Source of the DNA: Neovahlkampfia damariscottae | Taxonomy: Eukaryota | Direction: 5' to 3' | Length of the DNA stretch: 42,925 nt | NCBI GenBank assembly: GCA_016618085.1 | Contig: JABLTG010000163.1 | Span: 1-42,925 of the forward strand | In this document: positions 36,741-42,925 of the stretch, in pieces | How positions within the stretch are numbered: position 1 is the first letter of the stretch | How the letters are laid out: every line of letters starts with the position of its first letter | The notes under the pieces: model-generated | Told to the model about the DNA's origin: nothing | Seen by the model: only the letters and a program-made list of their open reading frames with translations | Database searches by the model: none | Translations under genes and position numbers: made by a program

Positions 36741-37057
36741 TTCTATTTTTCAGTTATAAAAAATATTTACTTGATGGTTTTGTCAGTGAAGAATTTTGGT
36801 CAAAAATTGGAACCATTTGAGAGTTGTTCATTTTTAAGAAATTTCTTGTGATTGGATAAAATTGAAAAAAAAATTTGCTTTGAAATAGAATGTAGAATAA
36901 CGATAAAAATTCAAAAATAATGAGAGAAAATGATCAAAATTTGAGTTTTAACACTTTTTCAATTTTTGTGTTGAACCTGATTGGACAAGATAAAAATCTG
37001 AGAAAAATTGACCAATCGCTTTTTTTCTTAGACTAAAACTCAACATACACACAGAGG

Positions 37058-37921
37058 ATGGTAAAGAAAATCAATTATTAAATATTTTAGCCACAAGGAC
37101 CAAGAAAACATTTAAAAAGAATTAATGCTCCATCACATTGGATGCTCTCAAAAATGGGTGGTGTTTTTGCTCCACGTCCAACACCTGGACCACACAAATT
37201 ACGTGAATGTCTTCCATTAGTTCTTTTATTGAGAAACAGATTAAAATATGCACTCAATGGAAGAGAATGTAGAACAATTCTTAAAAGAAGACTCGTAGAA
37301 GTTGACGGAAAAGTTAGAACTGATGATACATACCCAGCTGGATTCATGGATGTTGTTACTATTCCAAAAACTGGAGACCACTTCCGTCTTTTATATGACC
37401 CAAAAGGTAGATTTGTTGTTCACCCAATTACAAAACAAGAAGCAAAATTCAAACTCTGTAAAGTTGTTAAACGTGCTACTGCTAAACAAGGAGTTCCATT
37501 CGTTCTTACTCATGACGGAAGAAAAATCAGATATCCAGATCCAGAAGTTAGAGTTTCAGATACAATTAAAGTTGATGTTTCTACAGGAAGAATGACAAAA
37601 TTTGTTAAATTTGCTGCTGGAAATTTATGTTATGTTACTGGTGGTCACTCAAGAGGACGTATCGGTGAAATCGTTCATAGAGAACAACATATGGGTGATT
37701 TTGATATCATTCAAGTTCGTGATGTTTCAGGTGAAAAATTCACAACTCGTCTTGACAACGTTTTTGTTATTGGACCAGGACGTACTTCATGGGTTTCACT
37801 TCCAAAAGGAAAAGGTCTCAGATTACACAATATTGATGATCGTAAAAAGAAAATGAAAAAACAAAAAGAGGCTAAGAAAGGAAAAACAGGAAAGAAATCA
37901 AAAAAAACACAAAAAAAATAA
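37058..37921 (+). CDS. RPS4: 40S ribosomal protein S4 (eS4)
   Basis: ATG followed by an intron, then [19 protein letters not shown]...[11 protein letters not shown]...WVSLPKGKG. Confidence 0.98.
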
Positions 37922-38070
37922 ATTTTCACCCTAAATAACCACGTTTTATAAAAATTAATTTTTTTTATTTTTTGTTTTGTTTTTGATTCCCTAACTCGCT
38001 GGACAAAAAGAACATTCACAACAGAGTTGCACCTCAATGACAAAAAAACAAAAAAAGATGTGATTTTTGA

Positions 38071-38082
38071 ACCATAATTTTT
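38071..38082 (+). promoter_or_regulatory. ACCATAATTTTT motif 66 nt upstream of snoRNA box C
   Basis: Shared with the snoRNA at 26773-26853. Confidence 0.55.
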
Positions 38083-38131
38083 CCAAAATGTTGAAACATT
38101 GAGTTCTTTATCGAAAGTTTGCTTTTTTCAA

Positions 38132-38228
38132 GTCTAATGATGATTGACCGTTCAACAAATTCTTCTTTTCCCAGCTGAACCTCATGTTGATATCTAGGAT
38201 ATTAGTCTGTCATTCTCAATCTGAGTTT
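38132..38228 (+). ncRNA. Box C/D snoRNA, SNORD12/snR190-like D' guide (LSU G2395, yeast numbering)
   Basis: Box C ATGATGA at 38137, D' CTGA at 38175, C' ATGTTGA at 38184 and D CTGA at 38221. D' guide TCTTCTTTTCCC is antisense to LSU GGGGAAAGAAGA. Confidence 0.88.
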
Positions 38229-38276
38229 TTTTTTATTTTACATTCTACCAATAAAACTCTAACCAATAAAAAAACA

Positions 38277-40033
38277 ATGCAAGTCGAAGGAGGTTTTTCA
38301 ATGACTGAAGAAAATGATGAACAAAAGTTTATCACAGATATTATCAAATTGTATACATCAGAGGCATATGGTAAGAATGAAAGACCACTAAACCATCATT
38401 CAAGTTGATGTTTTTTTAATAGTCGGAAATGAAAAAAAAAAATTCTCTTGTCATAAAAATATATTATCAGCAAGATCAATGTACTTTAAAGAACTTTTCA
38501 GTCAAGAAAAATATCAAAATGAAGAAAATATATATTTTCCAGATAAAAAATCATCCATCTTTGAAACTATAATTAACTTTTTTTATTCTGGAAAGTAAAT
38601 AGATTATTATTTTAATCTTTTAGAATTAATTTAAAAAAGAGTAATGCATTTGAAGTGATGAAATTAGCAGGATATTTAAAATTAGTATTACTAAACCTAT
38701 TTCAATACTCAAACTTTAAGGATTCTGTTATTGATTATAGTAATGAAATTGTGAAGAGTTATGTTAATGAACAAACTGTATTTGAAATATTAGAAGAATC
38801 AAGAATTTATAAATTCAAAGAATTACATTTATTTTGTCAAACATTTTTAGAGGTTCATGCAAAGTAAAAAAAAGAAAATATTTCTAATGAAAAAGAAAAC
38901 TATTTGGTGGATTATCATTTTTAGATTTATCAAAAGATACTATTTTAGATATTCTACATTCAGATAGAATTCAATTACCAGAAATTGAAATATTTTATTC
39001 AGTAAATAAATCATATTGTTTTTTTTTGAAAATAAAATAAGGTTATTAGTTGGGGAAAGTATCAAATTGTAAAAAAAGAGATTGAAACAAATTCAGAATT
39101 GTAAAATAAAATATATATCTTTTAAATCAATTTTATAGAATTTATAGAATTAAACAATTAGAAGTTAGTCCAAGTTCATCAGTTACTTCACCTGTTAATG
39201 AGATAATGACTACAAAAAATAGAAAAACTACATTATCATCTGGTTCTTTAATTGAAATTATTGAAGAAGAAGAAAAAGAAGATGAAAATAAATTACAAGA
39301 TTTGTTAAATGAAAAATTTAAAATATTATATGATTATACTGAGAATGATGAATTTGTATTAAAAATGAAAGAGAATTTATCTGATATTTTAGAATATATT
39401 AGATTTCCAATTCTAACTCCAAAAGAATTATATCATTTTGTTGAACCTTGTAAAATTGGTAAATAAATGAATATATATTAAAATAATCAAGTATCAGATG
39501 AATTATTGTTAGAAGCATATAGATCACATGCATTGGCCAATAGAAATGATAAAACAACAAATCATAGATTAAAAGTTAGAGAAGGATCATTATTTTATGT
39601 TGCAGGTGTATTTGAAAATATTCCAATTTCTGCTTTGAAAGGATGGAATAATGTATATTATAAACCATATTCAGATCCAACAAGTGAAAAAGATTTAGAA
39701 AAATGTAAAGGAAAGAGAATTTTAGTAGCAGCTAGGGCAAAAAATTCAAAAAAATTAGCATTAGTAGCAATGGGTAGAACTAATAAAGTATTACAATTGA
39801 CACATGATAATGAAACCACACAAGAAAATTCAGTGCATTGGTATTATAGAAAGAATCATAGTTTTGGATTTTCTGATTCAGATCAGATTAATTTAGGTTC
39901 TGCTGATTTATTAGATGGAAGATATAAATTAAGTTGGCATTTAACTGGAAATGGTGGATATCGTTTAGGAGATTTAAAAAATTTGAATTCAAGCGAAATG
40001 TTTGAAAAATTAATATTTACAAGTGATTTATAA
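38277..40033 (+). CDS. BTB/POZ-BACK protein with an uncharacterised C-terminal domain
   Basis: DVFLIVG...FSCHKNILSARSMYF, EIEIFYSVISWG and ILEYIRFP; C-terminal WYY..SFGFS..KLSWHL.GNGGYRLG. About 7 introns. Confidence 0.85.
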
Positions 40034-41053
40034 TTTACTTTTTAAATATTTTTTGAAATGATCATTTTCATTTAATATTGGATTTTCAAATTGAAATTTA
40101 AATTTTTCATCAATAAACAAAATATTTTCGTTCTTTTCGAGATTCTTTAATTTTTCGTTAAAGTCTTTCGGTTTTGTATTTATAATATGATTCAAGAATA
40201 TTTCATTTTCATATTTTTTTATATAATTTTCATTCAAATATTTTGTCCATTCATTTTTTTGTTCCTCTGTTTTGGAGAATTCTTTTTCCAAATTCAACAA
40301 TATTTTTAATTTTGATTCATTCAATTCAAAATCCTTTTTTTTAACATAATTATCTTTTAATTCACTAAATTCTCTCAATATTTTTAAAGTATCTTCACTC
40401 GTTTTTGCACCACTCAAATTTGGAATTGTTGGTAGAATTTCAATATTTTCAATTTCAATTTTCTTTTTATTTTTTTGTTCAATATATTCTTTAATAAGAT
40501 TCTCTTCTTCATTTTCATCTTTTTCTTCAATTTTTAATGTTCCTTTTGTTTCTAGTTCGTGTAAGATTTTCAATGTTATTTTTGAATCAACTTCTTCAAT
40601 GTATAATTCATTTAATAATGTTTCAGGTTGATTTTTTAATGTAAAATCATAAAAATCTTTTAATTTAATCTTATAATCTTCATTTTCTTTTTTTACATTT
40701 TCTATTTTTTCTTTCTCTTTTTCAATTTCAATTTCTTCTAATTTTTTTTTCATTTCTTTTTCTTTCTGTCTTTTCAAAGTTTCTTCTTCTCTCTTTTTTA
40801 AATTTTTGAATAAATTAGGTTCTGGAAATTCAATAGAATTCAAATAATTTTTCATTTCAATTTCATCAGCAGAAGAAATATCTTTCAAAAAATTCTTGAA
40901 TAAATCTTCTTTTTTTTTTTCTTTTTGAACTACTTTTTTTTGTATTTGATATTTTGGATAAAATACGTCCGGAGGTATTGAATCAATTTTATTTTTCACC
41001 TCCTCATCAATTTCTTCACCTTTAAAGTCTGGTTGAAAATTCCAACCAATCAT
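40028..41053 (-). CDS. Charged coiled-coil hypothetical protein
   Basis: Long open intronless frame, K/E-rich. Start codon uncertain. Confidence 0.6.
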   Translation of the reverse strand: MIGWNFQPDFKGEEIDEEVKNKIDSIPPDVFYPKYQIQKKVVQKEKKKEDLFKNFLKDISSADEIEMKNYLNSIEFPEPNLFKNLKKREEETLKRQKEKEMKKKLEEIEIEKEKEKIENVKKENEDYKIKLKDFYDFTLKNQPETLLNELYIEEVDSKITLKILHELETKGTLKIEEKDENEEENLIKEYIEQKNKKKIEIENIEILPTIPNLSGAKTSEDTLKILREFSELKDNYVKKKDFELNESKLKILLNLEKEFSKTEEQKNEWTKYLNENYIKKYENEIFLNHIINTKPKDFNEKLKNLEKNENILFIDEKFKFQFENPILNENDHFKKYLKSKL

Positions 41054-41073
41054 TTCGAATCTTGTGTCAACAA

Positions 41074-41475
41074 ATGAAAAGAGTGATAAGAAAATACTCA
41101 ACTTTGAAAGAAAAAGAATTATTATTTAAATGTACAGGTTGCGGAAAATGTTGTCAAGTTGAAGGAATTTGTTCTATTTCATCTGAAGATACAAAAAAAA
41201 TATCTTCTTTTTTACAAATGAAGACTGAAGACTTTTTAGAAAAATATACAATGAAAAATCCAGATGAATATTGTGATGAAGAGGATGAACTTATTTTAAA
41301 AAATAAATCAAATTCAAATGATTGTATTTTCTTAGATGAAACTAAAAAATGTAAAATTTATCCAGTTCGTCCAATACAGTGCTCAACCTATCCATTTTGG
41401 AATTCAATTTTAAAATCAAAAGAGAAATGGGTTGAAGAATCAAAATATTGTGAAGGAATTAAATTGTTTTTATAA
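41074..41475 (+). CDS. YkgJ-family cysteine-cluster (CxxCxxCC) protein with a likely mitochondrial presequence
   Basis: FKCTGCGKCC...CIFLD..KKCKIYPVRPIQCSTYPFW...CEGI. Basic N-terminus MKRVIRKYS. Confidence 0.85.
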   Translation: MKRVIRKYSTLKEKELLFKCTGCGKCCQVEGICSISSEDTKKISSFLQMKTEDFLEKYTMKNPDEYCDEEDELILKNKSNSNDCIFLDETKKCKIYPVRPIQCSTYPFWNSILKSKEKWVEESKYCEGIKLFL

Positions 41476-41487
41476 AATCGACTTCAA

Positions 41488-42081
41488 TTATGAAGCATTA
41501 CAACTTTTATTTACTAAAGAATTAAAAGTTGGATTTTCAAAATTTAAATTAAAAAAATTAAATAAAAATTGAATAAAAATTCCATTTAAAATTGGAATAA
41601 AATAATTATCATCCATTGGTGAAAATATTTCTGAAAATGATCCAATAATTGAAATTACAATCGTCAAACAAAATAAAAAAAAACCATTTTCATAATTTGA
41701 AAAAATGAACAAATAAAAAAATGAAAATAAATATAAACAACAAAAGGATATCAAAGTTCCAACGAAACTCTTTCCATTCTTTTCAAAAATTAAAATTTTG
41801 AATTGTCGTTTTTTTCCAATTGTATTTCCGACCAAATTTGATATGGAATCACCAACAGTTAAATAAATGATACAAAAAGTTGATATTTCTTTGATAAAAA
41901 ATGATTCAAATATTTTTGGTAGAAATATTGAAATGAATAAACCAATTCCAAAACTTGTATTAATCAGAAAAGTTGAAATTGAAATTATTAATATTTGCAT
42001 ACTTTGATTTTGGTTGAAATAAATCAATAAAGTCCCAAATAGAATTTTTAAAATTTGTTTCTGTTGATCATTCAACCTCAT
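41488..42081 (-). CDS. CTP-dependent polyprenol/DAG kinase family (dolichol/phytol kinase-like)
   Basis: VGDSISNLVG..IGK, GKSFVGT and SE....MDDNYFIP. Multiple TM segments. Confidence 0.8.
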   Translation of the reverse strand: MRLNDQQKQILKILFGTLLIYFNQNQSMQILIISISTFLINTSFGIGLFISIFLPKIFESFFIKEISTFCIIYLTVGDSISNLVGNTIGKKRQFKILIFEKNGKSFVGTLISFCCLYLFSFFYLFIFSNYENGFFLFCLTIVISIIGSFSEIFSPMDDNYFIPILNGIFIQFLFNFFNLNFENPTFNSLVNKSCNAS

Positions 42082-42925
42082 GATTATGTGCAACAACACT
42101 GACCAATCAAAATGTTTCCAATCAAAAGGAGTTTAATCCAACACAGATACTCTAAAGCAAGACTATAACAAATGTGTAAATAGAATAAAATTCGAAAATT
42201 TGTAATAATTTAGACCTTTGAAGAAGTGAATTTGAACAACTTGAAAAAATCATTGAAGAATTCAAAACCAAAACAAAAGCTGTTGCAAAAGAGGTTATGT
42301 ACAACAAAATTGAAAAAAAAATGATCCAACGTGAAAACTATTATTGGACATTCCAACAATTATATACAATTGGTATTGTGATTGTTGTGATTCTTTTAAC
42401 AATTGTGTTTTGGTCAAATAAAAAATAATTTTTTTTTTCAACTGTTATTAATCTTGAAATCTAAGAATCACTTTTGAATTGTATCCAATTCAATTATTTT
42501 TTTGAAATACCTGTTTGTCCTTTAAAATACCGGAAATCAAAACTACAGTTGTAAAAACACCAGAAAAACTAAAAACATCAGGGCAACCAAAATTACCAAA
42601 AAAACCTGTTCAGAAAAAAGCAGAAGTTAAACCTGCCACAAAAAAAAAACAAGAAGGAAAAAGGAACAAGCAATTTGATTTTGAGTAAATTGAAAATAAT
42701 CTTATTGGTTCAAATTTTTTTTTCAAAAAGTTTTTGATACTGAATCGGAATATTTGATTTTTCCGTTACAAAGTGACCATTCGGAATCGTTTGTGAACTA
42801 TATAGATTTTCTAAATTCCGAAAAATTATAAATGGATGGAAAAATCAGAAAAGACGCCAAGAAAACTAATAGAGCAGGCTGATGAGCAATAATGATCAAT
42901 GCAATGAAAAATATATCACCAGTAA

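Noticed and set aside
4571..38043. Numerous 60-120 aa antisense or alternate-frame ORFs in the track (e.g. 4744-4959, 19100-19459, 37302-37595, 37711-38043)
   Set aside because: They are shadows of real genes in biased-composition DNA and have no motifs.
5422..40033. Minor (U12) or non-canonical introns
   Set aside because: Every intron I reconstructed is GT-AG and lacks the RTATCCT donor.
42112..42690. Tail-anchored ORF (EFEQLEK...IVFWSNKK*) and a K/P-rich ORF near the window end
   Set aside because: They look coding, but I could not build a stop-free spliced model from any ATG. Possibly pseudogenes or sequence errors.

Overview
Gene-dense, very AT-rich eukaryotic (protist) nuclear DNA using the standard genetic code. 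It has tiny canonical GT-AG introns (mostly about 27-45 nt, often A-rich), very short intergenic spacers and CCAAT boxes close to most start codons. The gene content (TM-RGS remnant, presenilin, TDO, SelK) would fit a free-living amoeba or flagellate such as a heterolobosean, but the taxon is inference only. About 30 protein genes can be reconstructed by splicing the ORF fragments, including VPS35, TDO, a TDY MAPK, a RhoGEF, an EXS protein, presenilin, DCTPP1, ARL8, COA5, NOG1, PTC7, PTH, ATG8, RPS4 and a BTB protein. Two accessory zones interrupt the housekeeping genes. The first (1.0-4.4 kb) holds a decayed Tc1 DD34E transposase and a young 1.84-kb element with 198-bp near-perfect inverted termini; this element carries a retropepsin-like protease and an unknown gene head-to-head but no transposase. 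The second (26.9-30.5 kb) holds a decayed CACTA/Plavaka-type transposase plus NHE and RGS gene relics. Features missed by the ORF track include a selenoprotein K gene with a hairpin just after its UGA, two box C/D snoRNA genes that share an upstream motif at almost the same distance, a candidate zero-length-exon (recursive) intron in ARL8, a 52-aa membrane microprotein and a second EF-hand paralog. All exon structures and family calls come from manual reading and motif recall, not from database searches.
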